Source of the DNA: Podarcis tiliguerta
Taxonomy: Eukaryota
Length of the DNA stretch: 64,000 bases
Assembly: GCA_965153285.1 (NCBI GenBank)
Contig: OZ229115.1
Direction: 5' to 3' (one strand)
Positions 13,201 to 26,711 of this stretch are shown in pieces; position 1 is the stretch's first letter, and every line of letters starts with the position of its first letter. The notes beneath the pieces were generated by a model that did not search any database, was not told the DNA's origin, and worked only from the letters and a program-made list of their open reading frames with translations. The translations under genes were made by a program, and so were the position numbers.

Positions 13201-14841
13201 GGTTCTCCCCTACAACGTCTCAGAAAAACATTCCCCTGTCTTGCTGTTTACAATAGTGAATGATATTCACAGAACATTCACTGGCAGGACAAACAGCAAT
13301 TCAGACTTCCACCTAGTACTGGGATTGAAAGGTCTAGTAAGATTAGGAGCTAGTATGGGAAATTCTGTTCATGATTTATAAAGAACTGCAAAAACTGGCT
13401 TGGTTGGAGTTTGGAGAAAGAGACAATGGAGTACCCAATCCCTGTGCATGCTAATGGTATCTGGACATCCACATTAAAACACGTATATTTATATATTTTT
13501 TAAAACCCCTCTCCCTTTTCTGTTTGGAGATATTCAATGTGGGTGACAATAGAAAAGAACAACAAAGGAATAAAATGATTCCATCTCACCCTAAATATTA
13601 AAACTGCACTAAAAATTGCATAACTTGAAACAGATAACTTGAAGCACAAGTTGAAACAGATTCTGGTTTCTTATTTGTGGTTGCAATGGGACAAGTGCTG
13701 TCTGGATGCTGAGGGGGAAGGGAAGGTAACAGATGGGAGCATTTCACCAATGAGAGAGCTTTCAGACACACTAGGGGTAAGGAGCTGGCTCTGGCCAGAG
13801 GACTGGATGCTTCTGTCTCCTAGACCCCACAGCCCAACTATGATATGTGGGCGCAGCCTCCCACCTGCTAATCATCTGACAATACATGACAACTAAATAC
13901 ACCTTCCCATCAAATGGTTTCCCCCCAAAGACCCTGGAAACTGTAGCTTTCCCACCACAGAGCTACAATTCCCAGCACCAGTGACAAACTACAGTTTCCA
14001 TGATTCCTTGGGGAAGTGACGTGTTTCAAATGTATGTTGGATGTGCTTTGACTGTATTGTGTTTCCAGGAGCTAACTACGGAAATGAGAAAACAGAGATG
14101 GATATTTTAGGCATGGTAAGGACTAAGGGAAAGGACAGGAGTAGATTGGGTGGGACAAAAGAGCGTTCCCATTGCTTTAAAGTTCAATTAGACTTTTTAA
14201 GAACTCGCCTTTTCCTTCATCTGAGCCTGTGGGGATAGTGAGTCATTCTTTTCTCCCCACAACCCCCCACCTCTCTCTCATGCACAGATTTGTGCAACCC
14301 TCCCAGAATGCTAATACTACAAATGCAGATATAAAAGTCTTGTAATTTTGTACAAAGAAATGCTACACACAAAATTTAAAGGACTTGTGGAAATATGACA
14401 AAGTTTGGCCCTTGCCACTTTTGCCAAAATCGACAAAACATAAGTTCTGTGTATCTGGGGCTCCAAAACTCGCTAGATTTCGCATAATTGTTTCCCATAA
14501 AGATAACTTGATCTTCAGCTCTGCCTTTATATACTGTAGCTAGTTGGGTCTTAGGAGTTTGCAGTTTAGCTTTCTGCTAGACAAGTCCTTTCCATCCCTG
14601 TGCTTAGAGGAAGAACTGTGAGGGGAGAGACTTCCAACCGTCCATCAGGCAAGGCCTTTTCCACCTGCCTTGTCCCCACCCTCCAGTCTCTGCTTCTCAA
14701 TTTGTATTGTACTGTTTTATGCACTGTGAGTTGCCGTTGCTTTTATTGATTATAATTTAGAAATTATTTATTGTAATTGTTAAGAGTGGATTTCTGTTTA
14801 ATTTTTATATGCTGATATTTCATATTCTATACTATTCTAAT

Positions 14842-15197
14842 GGGACACAGGTGGCGCTGTGGGTTAAACCACAGAGCCTAGGACTTGCCGATCGGAAGGT
14901 CGGCAGTTCGAATCCCCGTGACGGGGTGAGCTCCCATTGCTCAGACCCTGCTTCTGCCAACCTAGCAGTTCGAAAGCACCTCAAAGTGCAAGTAGATAAA
15001 TAAGTACCACTCCGGTGGGAAAGTAAACCGCATTTCCGTGCGTAGCTCTAGTTCGCCAGAAGCGGCTTAGTCATGCTGGCCACATGACCCAGAAGCTGTA
15101 CGCCGGCTCCCTTGGCCAATAAAGCGAGATGAGCGCTGCAACCCCAGAGTCGGTCACGACTGGACCTAATGGTCAGGGGTCCCTTTACCTTTACCTT
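14842..15197 (+). mobile_element. Full-length Sauria SINE
   Basis: gggacacaggtggcgctgtggg head, B box gttcgaatcc, tail cctttacctttaccttt. TSD tactattctaat at 14830-14841 and 15198-15209. Confidence 0.93.
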
Positions 15198-17168
15198 TAC
15201 TATTCTAATGGATTGTTGAATATTACTTTAATTGATACTGCTTGCTTATTTTAAAGTTTTGTTTTATCACTACATTTTTGTATTGGATTGGATTGTTACA
15301 AGGTGTACATTCTTTGTTTCCTCAGCTTTTAAACCACCTTGGGTATAGTAAAATAGAAAGACGGTATACAAATTAAATGTGAAATGAAATGCTCTGCTAC
15401 AGTTTCTGGGTAAAACTCCTGGGCATGCTACACTTTTTTTCTCCCTAAAAAAAACAATATATATATACTTTGTATTGCCTTGTCTTTGTATTGGGAGACA
15501 ATTGCAAGAAATGGGAAAAGCATCCATGATTTTTTTGGGGGGGGAGCAAGCAAGTATTAAGGCTGAAAACCCTCCAAACTACTTTACAGTCAAATCTTCT
15601 GATCAAGACATCTGCCCTGACATTGAGCTCCAGCAGCGACGGATGCCTGACTTGAACAGAGAGAAATGCGAAGGCTATAAGCCACCAGGGACAGAGACCA
15701 TCCAGGGCTTCATCTGCTTAAGGTCTCTGTTTACCTTTTTATGAGTACAAGGACAGAGTGAAGACACAGCAGAGAAGAGACCACAAAAATTAATGGCGTA
15801 GGAGAGAGGGGGGAGGGGAGGGAATTAGTCATCCTCTAACAATGACTAGGAGAATATGGAAGGCAATGCATCAAAACGCAGCATATCAAAACCCAGAGAA
15901 ATCAATTAAGGAAAAGAGCCAGAAAAGAAATGTCAGGGATATTCTGTGCCAGTAGGGCAAGGAGTATCTGCCAGTCAGGAAGGAGTATTATGAAGTAATG
16001 AGCCACAATTGCAGTTCTCCAGAAAGGCCTCCTAATGAACTGCTGTCTCTGAAACACTATTTTCTCCTATAAGCTAAGCCTGTTTAACAGGAATCATTAC
16101 AGAAGGTGAGTCAGCCGTACAATACAATCCTATGCATGCTTCCTCAGAAGTAAGCCTCACTATGCTCAATGGGGCTTACTGCCATGTAAGTGTGCTTATG
16201 TACAACTGTGTCCTTACTTACAGCTTTGAGAGGAGGGTGGGCTGTTTTACACATGGCAGGCTACACTCTCTTAGTGCCTACATAGACCAGTTTCAAGGCA
16301 CTGGTGTTGTCCCCTGCTCCAGCCCTATAAAGCTGGGACAAGGAGCTGGGGGAAAGACGAATCATAAAGCCACAACAGGACTGTAGTCTCCTTGGATAAG
16401 AAACACTGCTTGGACTACACTTAAAAGATGCATATTCTAACTTCCTATTTGCAGTAAGTAAACGTTCAAGGAGGCTTGCATCAAATCTTTCCTCTTAAAA
16501 ACCCATCTAAATCGTTCACAACAAACAATATTCCTGTCTCAGAAATCATAAACCAAAAAGCACAGTCTTACAGAAAATGTAGTCCAAGGATTATTCATAA
16601 CCAGAGTCCTTCAAAATTCTCAGTAAATAGAGCTGTGTTTTGAACAAGGTGCTTCAAGGAAATCAGCAATGGTGCTTGGTGAATATATCGGAGAGGGAGG
16701 TGGAATTGTTCACAGACCTGGAGTGGGTGTGTGAGCAAGGAAGGCGGAGGCAGGCAAGGGAAGGGAAGAACAATGGCTTAGCAAAACCATCTCTCTCACA
16801 CGCACTCCTCTTCTTCCTGACCTTATTCTGTATTCAACACTAATGTCTCATAACAAATGTAACTGATCTGTAGAAAAGACTGTACAACTTGAAAAAAGAG
16901 ACAAGGCAGGTACTTTTGTAAACCAAGAAAATATTTAATAAAAAATTATTTTTAAAAAACACACAGGGATTTTAGGCCTGTCTTTGGTGTCCCTTAAACT
17001 GGAATAATCAAAACGTAAAGGAAACCAAGAGTGAACAGCAAAATAGTGTTGTGCAGAAAATTAAACCTTAGTTACAATGACAAGGCTATGCTGTTTTTAA
17101 TACAAAACAAGGCTACAAAAACAACGCCAGAACCTAGAAGCCAAATGAGAAATAGATTATGAGTCTCC

Positions 17169-17228
17169 TTGGACTAGATGACCCTCAGGGTACCTTCCAA
17201 CTCTACAATTCTATGTTTCTATGATTCT
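17169..17228 (+). mobile_element. CR1 LINE 3'-end fragment
   Basis: ttggactagatgaccctcagggtaccttccaactctaca followed by an (ATTCTATG)-type terminal repeat. Confidence 0.85.
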
Positions 17229-20200
17229 CATAGTGAAGATTCAACATGATTATCATAATTGGCAAGGCCACTGCTGAGGGCAGGGCCTTGATAGGCTTAA
17301 AATGGAATTTATGGGAATGTGGACTTGCTCTCTTAACATCCCACTAGACAGCCTTAAACTCCCAGGACAGTCACCAATCTTTGGCCTCTTTGGCCTGGCT
17401 GGCTGGCAGCTGAAGTAGAAAGCTCTCCCCCCTCCCCGCCTCTTCGTTTAACCTGCAATGCCTAGAGAAGCTAGTCCCTTCCCTGTAAACTCTGTACGAA
17501 CTGTTGGCAAAGAAGTCTCCCTTATCAGTGTCAATGAGGGAAACAACCTTAGGATGAGGCAGCAAGCAACAGCAGTATCCGCTAGAGAGCTAGCTGAATG
17601 CCCCCTGTCTGCTCCCATGCTGGAACAAAAAGCCTCAAAGAAGCTCCTTTTAAATATCCTAGTTCTGAAGCATTTGTTCCTGCTACGTACGTGAGGCCCT
17701 TGCTTCACTCTGAGGCTTTCCTTCATTAATCTACCTTCATGCAACATCAGAAATAACAGGCAACAAGAACTGCATAAGGGAAAGGTCTCTGCTATGGGAC
17801 ACAGAGTGAAGCACAGAAAGCAAGTGAAATGGCACATGGCTGGTTCAATGTTGCCCGGGGCAATGATTTTTCTCTCAGCACTCATTCTTAAGGGCACCAC
17901 CTCAAGGGAACCCATTACCAATGGTGGAGTTGTGGGCTCTAATAAGATATCAAGCTCTCTGACCATTTGGGAACGCTATGGGTTCAGCAGCTTGCCCCTA
18001 TCTAGTGGGCTCCCAAGAGCTTCGATAATATGAGAGGACTTCTAAAATCTGCTTTCCTTCCACTCCTAGCCTCTGCTTTCTGCAGACTTTCTGCGGCCTG
18101 AACGTAGGGTTGTAGCCAATTATGCATTTAAAAAAATTTTAAAAAATGTTTTTCCTTTTGTGCATATATTTATATTTATGCATCATCCTACCAGGCATGA
18201 GAGTTTCTTAAAAATAAAATGCACACACCCTTTTTTTCTCTTTCCCTTTCTCAGTTGTAGTCCACATAAGTGAAGGTACTCCCTCCACATAATATCCCAT
18301 CAATCTGCACAACCTTTCACACCTGCCTCTACGAAACAAACCCAGTGCTACTCATACCTAGCTAATGAAACCAGTGGAACAAACCTCACCAACCCCTACT
18401 GAATAAGAGAAGAAAGCTGCCATTCCTCAGCAACCACAAAGCATGCAGGGTCATTTGATTCCAAGTGGAGAACAGCTACTAGAGATCCCAAGAAAGGTAG
18501 GTGAAACAAGCACTCTTATCACAGTATGAGGAACAAAGGTTTTGCAGTCTGTATCTGACAATTGCTAGTTCTATCCATATGCTAGCAGCTTTCTAACAGT
18601 GAGCATGTACAAATCCATAGTGCCTTTTTTGGGTCATTCTTTACCAATGCCATCAGTCATATGCTATTGTTGTTTAGGCTCCCTAAATATTCTGCAAGAA
18701 ACTTCCTGCTGCGCTGCTATTTTCGGCCCAGGATCCTGTCTAGTTTCTTCCTCTAAGCCCAATCCTAAACTCAATTATGTCAGTACTCATTCCTGCAGTG
18801 CTGCTCACAGTGGTCATACGTCTTATTTGAGAGAGGACAGACCACTATTTAAAGATGCCCTGTATTTTAGAGGTGAGGAATCCATGGCCCTCGTTGAACT
18901 CCAGCTCCCTTCAGCCCCGGTCAGCATTGCCCATGGTCAGGGAGGATAGAAGTTGTAACCACAGGGTCTCCACCCCTGCTCTACTTGAAGGGCTGTCTAG
19001 TCCAAGTCCATTTTATAGAGAAGAAGGTGCTTAAAGTTCCCATCAACAGTGAACACATAAACAGCAGAGCAGAACAACCAGGCACTCAAATCAGTTGGTC
19101 ACATTCTTTCCCTCTACACTGGTTTCTATTTAAATCATTTCTGAATTTGCATCTATGTATATTAAATGCACATGCAAAGTTTATGCAGATTTGATGCATA
19201 AATGGGCAGCCTAGCTTACATCCACTTCACTTACCAGCTAAGCAGATTTAGCTAAAGAGAGCAAAGACACAGGAAGTCACAGGTTGCTTCTCACTTACTT
19301 TTTGTTTAACTTTCACCTCCTCTTGTTTAGACTCCTAATAATGCTCCCAAGAGGCAAAAGAGAAGTTCAAGCAATAATTTGCCACTCTACTCAATCTCTG
19401 ATGTAAAAACTAGATGAGAAAGGGAATTATTTCCTTAAAAAAAAAAAATCAAGGAAGCATACCATGACAATATTTAGGGGTTGCATATTTCAGGATTTCT
19501 TCTGAAGAATAAATAACACTTGGGAAGTGGGTTGGAGTTGGGGTAATACATATGTAATACCTGCCTCTCAACCCCAATCATTTACAACAGATGACCCACA
19601 ATCAAAAACTCATGGGGAAAACCTGCTTCTGATCCTGCAGATGGGAGAAGAAGCTTAGAGCTGCCAGTGCTTATTTTGGGACATGGCTCCTGTGCTTTTA
19701 ACAGCTGTGTGACAAAATGACAACCAGCAGGCGATGCCTCTCCTGCCTGACACTGTATCACCACACTAGGAAAACATCCACTTCCTGAACTGCCTCTTAT
19801 CTGCCTGCTAAACATACAGGAGTAAGTTGGCAGTTCTAAATAGACCATGTGCCACTTGTGTGCCTGTCGCTAGATCAGAAAGAGACAAGATGGAATGAAC
19901 AAAAGGATGCTGGACTTTCTAGATTCAGACATCCAGTCTGTCACCTTCCTTTACACTTTGGATTGCTTGCAAATCGGCTGAACTATCACTGGCCAAATCA
20001 ATCACAGCAATAGTAGCTATCTGTTCAGGGCTCCCATACGATCAGTGCCGCCTTCACAGTCGGCCATGCAATGTATTTTCACAAGCATCTGTGTTGTTTT
20101 CAAGTTAATTCATACTTCAGGCTGGTCTCAGCATGCTTTCTCATCCTCTGCCCCCTTCCCCGCTTATTCAGAGCAGCCTTCTTAACAGCTGTGTGTATAT

Positions 20201-22188
20201 AAGTAAAGAGAAATGGACCAGGTGGCTTTGCTTGTAGCCAGATGGGCCAGTGACTGCATGGGGAGCAGAAATATGTTCAGTTTAAATCCACAAGGGTTTA
20301 TGTGAAATGTGGTCTGGGTAAAGGACAGTGATCCAACTGCTAGCAGCTAAGCAGGCAGGACCTGGCTTGGAAAGAGGAAGGAGGCTGGTGTTATAAAGCC
20401 CCGACGCTTTGCAGAGTCCTGTGGACTCTGTAAGTGAGACCACGTTCTACTGGACTAGAGGGTTAGGGATCTGTTGCTGCCTTCATGGTGCCACAGGTTC
20501 TGGGATCAAAGCCTTAGCACCTACCAGGAGGAATTAGACAAATAAATGGCTCCTTTGGCAATGATATGTTTACTGATTATTATTGAATTGAAAAGCATAA
20601 ACCAAATGCTGACCTTACAAGTTTTTATTTAAATTGTGCATCACAAACAAATGCCTGATCATGGAGCTCTGGAGTGTGTGGTCTATGCTAGAATATGCAA
20701 GCACTTCAGTTATTTGATCCAGAAAGCGATGGCTGAAGCTGCAAGCCTCCAAGCTGCCTCTCGCCCACTCAGCTGCAAGAAACAACAACCCAGTGGCACC
20801 TACTGAGGAAGAAGGCTTTTCAGAAAACAGCAGCAGAGCCCACTTTCTCAAAAGCATGTTGCACTAGCCTCAGTTGGCAGGCTGTCAATGCACAGCACAC
20901 ACAAACAGGTGTAGAGAAGAGGCGTTTGGCCCCGGCCCCACTCTTTACAGACAAGCTGTGAAATGCAAAGGCTAGAATGGCATCTTATTATTGCCTGGGT
21001 CGGAGCATTAGCAGATGGTTGGACATGATGCCGGATGGATCTGGTGCAATCACAAGCAGAGATGCTCTGGATAGAAAGGGCAAACAGCTCTCATATTTAA
21101 AACTGTCATTTTAGCAACTCATTCATTCAGCCTTGACGCCGAAGAAGTTGAAACTTGCATAGGTCAGGCCTGCACAACTTGTCACCCATCTCGTCAAATG
21201 AAGGCAAGTAGTGCAGCCTCCCAGGTTCCTGACAACTTTCCTCTCGCCCCCCCCCCCAAGGCTCTTAGTAAACTTCCAGGCAGGAAGAAAAACCAAGTGA
21301 GTGATCTAGTGCTTGATGGGCTACCTTACAAAACTAAGGAGCTCCATTCAGCCTGGTGGGTCACAAAGTTGTCTGGGTTTGCTCCAGATCCGAATGAAAT
21401 ACAAAATCAGTAAAGATTGGGACTGTCTGGGCACTTATCCGTTCTGTTACCTGAAGGCCATCCCATCAAGTAACCCCCCTCCCACCCCAACAGCCTCTTC
21501 TACAGTTACTGTACATACTGCTCTACGAAGGGTGGGTGGGTGTCCAAAGTGGCTTAATAGCCTTGGAGAGAGAAAAATACAACACCCACACAGAGCAGAA
21601 GCCAGCGCTCCCTTCTCCCTGGAGCCCTAATGAGGAGACAGACTCTGCTTGCAGAAGGAAAACTCAAACTGATCCCATCCTATTGCTTCGCTCCCTGCCC
21701 TTGATCCCTTCCAGTTCAGGTGTGGGTGGTCGTTTCGACACCGCTTTCTTTGGTCACACCTACGTGGCACCGGTTCAGAAAAGCAAGTCAAAAATCCTGG
21801 GCCCTCCTGCCACCACTTCTTCCGACACCCCTTGCAAAGCATCGCAGATAAACACGTTTCCAACAGGGACCGCACCCCATCCCGCCGCCAACCCTTCCCT
21901 TGTCACTGACTGGCGACGCTCTTGGGCACCTCTCCCTTGGCACCGGCAGCCCCTTCCCTGGCATCCGTGCCATGCCCGTGCCATGCGCCCACGCCAAACC
22001 CTTTGCCATCACTAGACAGCCCTGCTCGGGTGCGGCGGCGTGGCTGAACGACTGATGTCATGATCTCGATCTCTCTCTCGCTCCCCTCCCCCTAGACTGA
22101 AAGTTAGCTTGCACCTTCCGGAGCAGCCCAAATCTTGGGAACAGAGTCAGGGGAGCCTAAAAGGACACCCCGCGCCCCCTCCTCCTAC

Positions 22189-22400
22189 CTTGGGCAGAGA
22201 GAGTGGCTGGATCGGCACGTGTATGCGCGTGTGGCGTGCCTGGGCGAGGAGAGCCCGGGAGCTCTCGATGCAGCAGCAGAAGCAGTAGCAACCTTCCTCT
22301 CTGCTGCCTGCCCTCCTTCTGCAGGTGAGCCTTCGCCTTGTGCTGCTGCCTGCCTGCCTGCCTGTGTTATGTGTGCGCGCCCTGAGCCACTGCAGCATCT
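22189..22400 (-). other. CNTN2: Probable non-coding first exon of the gene downstream of NFASC, likely contactin-2; start coordinate approximate
   Basis: Lies in the CpG island and ends at a donor, ctctctgcccAAG|gtagga (22189/22188). The identity is inferred from the conserved amniote order NFASC then CNTN2 on the same strand and from CNTN2 having a non-coding exon 1. No CNTN2 coding exon was recognised in the window. Confidence 0.55.
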
Positions 22401-22484
22401 CTGCATTAGGATGTGCTCCTCCCTTCCCCTCCCTTTCCCTGCGCGCTCCCTCTCCGCCCCCCCCCCGCAACGTTCCAGGGACCT

Positions 22485-22505
22485 AGAGAGAGAGAGAGAG
22501 AGAGA
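22485..22505. repeat. (AG)n microsatellite in the promoter island
   Basis: Direct reading. Confidence 0.9.
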
Positions 22506-23009
22506 TGGGGGCACCCCCTCCCTCCCCCCTCTCCGCCGTTACCTCATTTGCCAGGACCAGTCAGCGCCTGCGAGAGTGACTTGCAAGCAGCATCCATAAT
22601 GCGTGGTCTTCCTCAGCTGGCGCGGCTGCTCCCGGCTCAGACGGTCCCTTGCAACACTTGGGTGGGCGGGAGGTCGGCTTGCCCTGGGCGCACCCCGTGG
22701 TGAGAGCTGCGGGGGGCGGGGGACGGGGACATATGGTCGCGCGGGGCACGAGAGGAGGGGAATCTCCGGCTCGGCCCCTCCCCTGCCCGTTTACATTCTT
22801 AGGCAATTCGAGATAGCGGGGGGAAAAATCCAGACTTCCAACCCCGCCCACCTCCGGCAAATATTTAATTCCATAATTGCGTGTGTGGCACAGGATATAA
22901 TTTGCGGCATGCAAGGGCCAGCCTCGGAGGCGCACATCCTGCTGAAAGGCGATTTCCCATCTCTGGCTGGCATTCTGCAAGTGCTGCTGCTGGGCCTGTT
23001 TACCTGTAT

Positions 23010-23185
23010 CATAGGAGCCAACTATTAGGGGCCAAGAGGTATATGCTCCCCCTAAAATATTTGAGGGAGCCACCCCTCCCCCAAAGTTGATGGGCATTGC
23101 CATTCAAATGGTGTGCGTGCACCATGTTATGTGGGACAGGGCTTACCTGGGCCTCCCCAATATTTTATTCTAGTTGGCACCCTTG
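23010..23185. mobile_element. hAT-like MITE at the edge of the CpG island
   Basis: Imperfect TIRs cataggagccaact / agttggcacccttg. A related end, agttggcacctatg, occurs at about 37581-37594. Confidence 0.55.
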
Positions 23186-23794
23186 ACCTAAATCATCTAT
23201 TATCTATTTCTATCTCTATAGCTATCTGTCTCAAGGTGGGCAATCCCACTGGGGATTGTCCCCCTGCTAACTTTATTGAGGACCCTGTTAACATGGACCA
23301 GATAACCACATTCAGTGCTTAATACGGAACCCAGAATTCATGCTCAGAAATCTGTGCTTCCCAAAATAACAGGCTAGTGTTTTTATTTCTTTCTGAGATT
23401 GGAAAGTGTGTTGGAGCATGTGCAGAGAGCAGCATTTCCTCACTGCTGCTGAGTCAGTCTGCTCAGCCCACTCTGCTGCCATGCAGCTGCAGGGAAGAGA
23501 GTTCTTTCTAATAGGCAGCCAGATGTGCAAATGTGATTTGCCATGGCATGTAGTGAGCCTTGTGTATGGAGTATGTCCTATATGAACACTAAAACATTAG
23601 TTCTCAAACTACATAGTGAGGTAAAAAGAGCCTGGTCCCCTTGCCTTTAATGGCAGCCGTTTGGCTGATTCTTTTCAAAGGTATGGGGTGCAGGATGATT
23701 CGGCTAAAATCTGAGGGGAGGACAATGCAAAATAGGCATCAAATACAGAAATGGCATGGAGGAAGAGAAATATGTTTATTGAACCCCAAAAGTT

Positions 23795-23929
23795 TCAAGT
23801 ATCTTCTTTAGAGGCACTTTTTGGTGCAACCAACTGGATGCTTTAGGCTCCAGCTTTGTTAAAAAAAGGTTATTGAGACCCAAGAGACAAACTGGTTGCA
23901 CCTATAGTGTCCCTAAATAAGATATTCGA
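23795..23929. repeat. Imperfect inverted repeat with ~40-bp arms, probably an old MITE
   Basis: Left arm tcaagtatcttctttagaggcactttttggtgcaaccaact; reverse complement of the right arm tcgaatatcttatttagggacactataggtgcaaccagtt. Confidence 0.75.
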
Positions 23930-24588
23930 TAAACATTAAATATGTTTAATAAAGTTTAATAAATGGGGTTTTCTGTGCATCTGGAGGCCCCCCCCCTCTC
24001 ACCCCCCCCCAATTTGGAGAAGTCAGAGATAAGGTTCATAAATGCACTGTCTGGTAAACCAATGTATTTTGAAGCCTACAGTAGTGAGGTATCAGGCAAT
24101 GCAACAGATTAAATTCTTGATTTGCATTGCTTTGTGAGGCACAAACTGCAGTTCTATACACTTCTGTGTTTACTGTGATGGAGGAAATTGCCACACAGAT
24201 CTTCTTCCCTCTTTGTTCTTTTCTTGGTTTCTTTTTGCTCTGCTGTATGTGTTGTGCTGGGACCAGTCCTGACATTTGGACAGGGCTGACAAATTTATAT
24301 ATTACTTCCCACTACAAAATATCCCAAAGCAATTTACAAGCAGAGTAAAAATGCAATCATTAAAAAAATGTGTAAGCATGTTAAAAACATCACAAAATCT
24401 TCATCAGCGTGTTGAAAGCTACTTAAGCATGTTAAATGTTACACTTATTTCAACTTGCATTAAAATGCATAAGTGTTTGTTAAAGAGATTTCTCATCCCA
24501 TAAACATTTTGTGCAGGACAGAAGACCTTTCCGTGAAGCAGCAATAAGCAAGCAGTTGCTTGGGGCTGTAGAATCAAGAGGAGTGAGG

Positions 24589-24593
<5 letters not shown>

Positions 24594-24632
<39 letters not shown>
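24594..24632. repeat. (GA)n microsatellite
   Basis: Direct reading. Confidence 0.97.
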
Positions 24633-24635
<3 letters not shown>

Positions 24636-24972
24636 AAATCTTACAAATGAGCTCCTGAAAAAGTGGGGGCAGTCATGTAGACTTTTTCTGAAATGTGATC
24701 AAGTGAGGATTGCGTGAGGCCGGTGCCGCTAGTAGTACACATGGTAGTAAGGAAATGTTGTTTCTCGTTGCCCTAGAGATCTGGTCTTTAGAGAATACTT
24801 GTCAACTCCCAGTAGACAGATGAACTGCAAGTGTTTTTTATGGCCAGCTTTCGAGTGATTCATATTGCTGTAATAATATCTCAAATATTAATGGGTTTAC
24901 TTCCTATCATTCTGCAGAGGGAGATGCTGTATTGTCCTGCTGGAAGGAAAAGTAAGAAATAACTATATAGAT

Positions 24973-24973
24973 A

Positions 24974-25008
<35 letters not shown>
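24973..25008. repeat. Compound (AC)n(AG)n microsatellite
   Basis: Direct reading. Confidence 0.97.
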
Positions 25009-25540
25009 TAGTGGCTGCTGCCCCTGCTTGCTCTGCTCGTGAACCACGCTTACCCGCCAATCCCCTGCCAACCCTCTTTCACCACACCTGCCTAATCCCT
25101 CATCCCTTTACACCTGACCAAATCCCCTGCCTTTACACCACACCCATTTCCTTGCCTATTCCCTCACAGCTTGCCCCAACCCCTTTTAAAGGAGGGTGGG
25201 AGGCACGTCAGAAAGTGGGCTGGCAAACTGCTCTCTGAAGCACCTCTCCCCTTCTGAGAAAACGCACTCCAGCAGCATCTAATAGTGAGGGGCTGCCATT
25301 TCAGAGTGACTTGGCAAAGTGCTTCCCTTTCCACCCCTGTTAAACAGCTTACCTGGGCTGCCTGTCACCTGCACTGCTTGCTGGCTTTTCTGCCCACATG
25401 TCATTTTGTTGTCACACTGGAGTTGGTGTGGCCACCTGCTGGTGACCACCTGAACTACAACATGACTACAGCCTTACATTTTTCTGTCTATAGGAAAAAG
25501 TGCATGTATGTATTATGGTGTGCATGTATGTACATGTCTG

Positions 25541-25557
25541 TCTATCATCTATCTATC

Positions 25558-25592
<35 letters not shown>

Positions 25593-25618
25593 CATCTATC
25601 ATCTATCTATCTATCTAT
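25541..25618. repeat. (TATC)n / GATA tetranucleotide microsatellite
   Basis: Direct reading, with a few interruptions. Confidence 0.97.
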
Positions 25619-26711
25619 ATCATTTAGCTATACATGGACAGATACATGTCTACACAGAAGCAAGTCTCATTGTTTCCAGTGGTGTTTACTTCCAGGAAAT
25701 TATGTATAGAATAGCAGTCTTCCAGTATAATTCTATGATTATCTAATCAGAAAGATGTCCCATTGAATTCCTTAGGGCTTACTCCCAGGTAAGTGGGTAT
25801 ATATATTTGCAGCCTTACATTGCAGTCCAAACTTAGTAGATCCCAGATTGACTAAGCCTCTCCCTGCCCCAGAATTCTTGGCATGTGGAATGGGGAGCTC
25901 TGCACAGGTGAGTGATGTTGAAGCCTAGCTGGCTGGGCCAGGGGCAGTGCATCCCATTTCACTGCCTGAGGAGAACTGGGAAGGTATTACACCCCTGTCC
26001 CCAAAGCCTGAAAGCTCCCTTACCTGGATTGTGTGGCAGCACCCCTGAAGATGCTGCTTCTTTGGGTTCTGCTGCCTGAGGCAGCTGCTTCAGCTTGTCT
26101 CATGGGTGGGCCAGATGTAGCCAGCTAAGTTTGGCTTCAACAAGCCTTTTTTCAGGCCACAGCTACAGTTCAGGTTTACTCTTGTCTGTTTTACAAATGT
26201 CTGTTTTGCCTGCTCCTTCTAGTGCTATTGTATTTGGTCTTTGTGTTGGGTCTTCAGTCAGTGGGATCGTTGTCCGATCACATTGAGTCTTCCGTCAGGA
26301 TGCATTGCAGGGGATCAGACCCTTGGGTCTTTTTCAACTTCTATTATTCTATGTTTCACTTCCTTTATTGCAATCTTTCCAGATCTTGAGCTCACCCATT
26401 GGTTTTCTAGATCACGACAGAAAATTAAGTAGCTGCCATCTTGTTGACTGGGCCAAATCTGTGGTGTTATTTAGGGGTGGTGGCAATAGTGGGGAAATCA
26501 GCAAACTTTCTTGAAATGGGAGGAGCCCAAAATTCCCAAATGTTGGATTGGCAGGTGTTCTGCCCATGCATATTTTCGTGACATTGCAAGATGGGAAAGA
26601 GAAAAGTTTTCTGTATTCAGTTTCCAGTGCAGTAATAACGTGCCTGTGCTCTGCTTTTACATGTTATCAAAGCGCTCCAGACACTATAGGAAGGATACAG
26701 GTGCTGCAAAC

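Larger units (their letters stand above)
21730..22930. promoter_or_regulatory. CpG island / GC-box promoter, probably of contactin-2
   Basis: The only long non-repeat stretch with dense CpG. GC boxes at about 22454-22459, 22665-22670, 22714-22720 and 22844-22849, a purine/pyrimidine tract and an (AG)n repeat. No TATA box seen. Confidence 0.8.

Noticed and set aside
17448-17966. 172-aa minus-strand ORF
   Set aside because: No similarity to contactin Ig or FNIII domains or any protein I recognise; consistent with chance.
21313-23103. Cluster of long overlapping ORFs (up to 180 aa) around the CpG island, including a minus-strand frame open through the 22189 donor
   Set aside because: GC-rich, stop-poor sequence gives long ORFs in several frames. 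The translations are low-complexity, have no recognisable domain, and run through microsatellite or MITE sequence.
23902-23918. Minus strand reads ATTTAGGGACACTATAG, one base short of the SP6 promoter, suggesting vector contamination
   Set aside because: It is one arm of a genomic inverted repeat whose diverged partner is at about 23805-23823, and no polylinker or vector sequence is adjacent.
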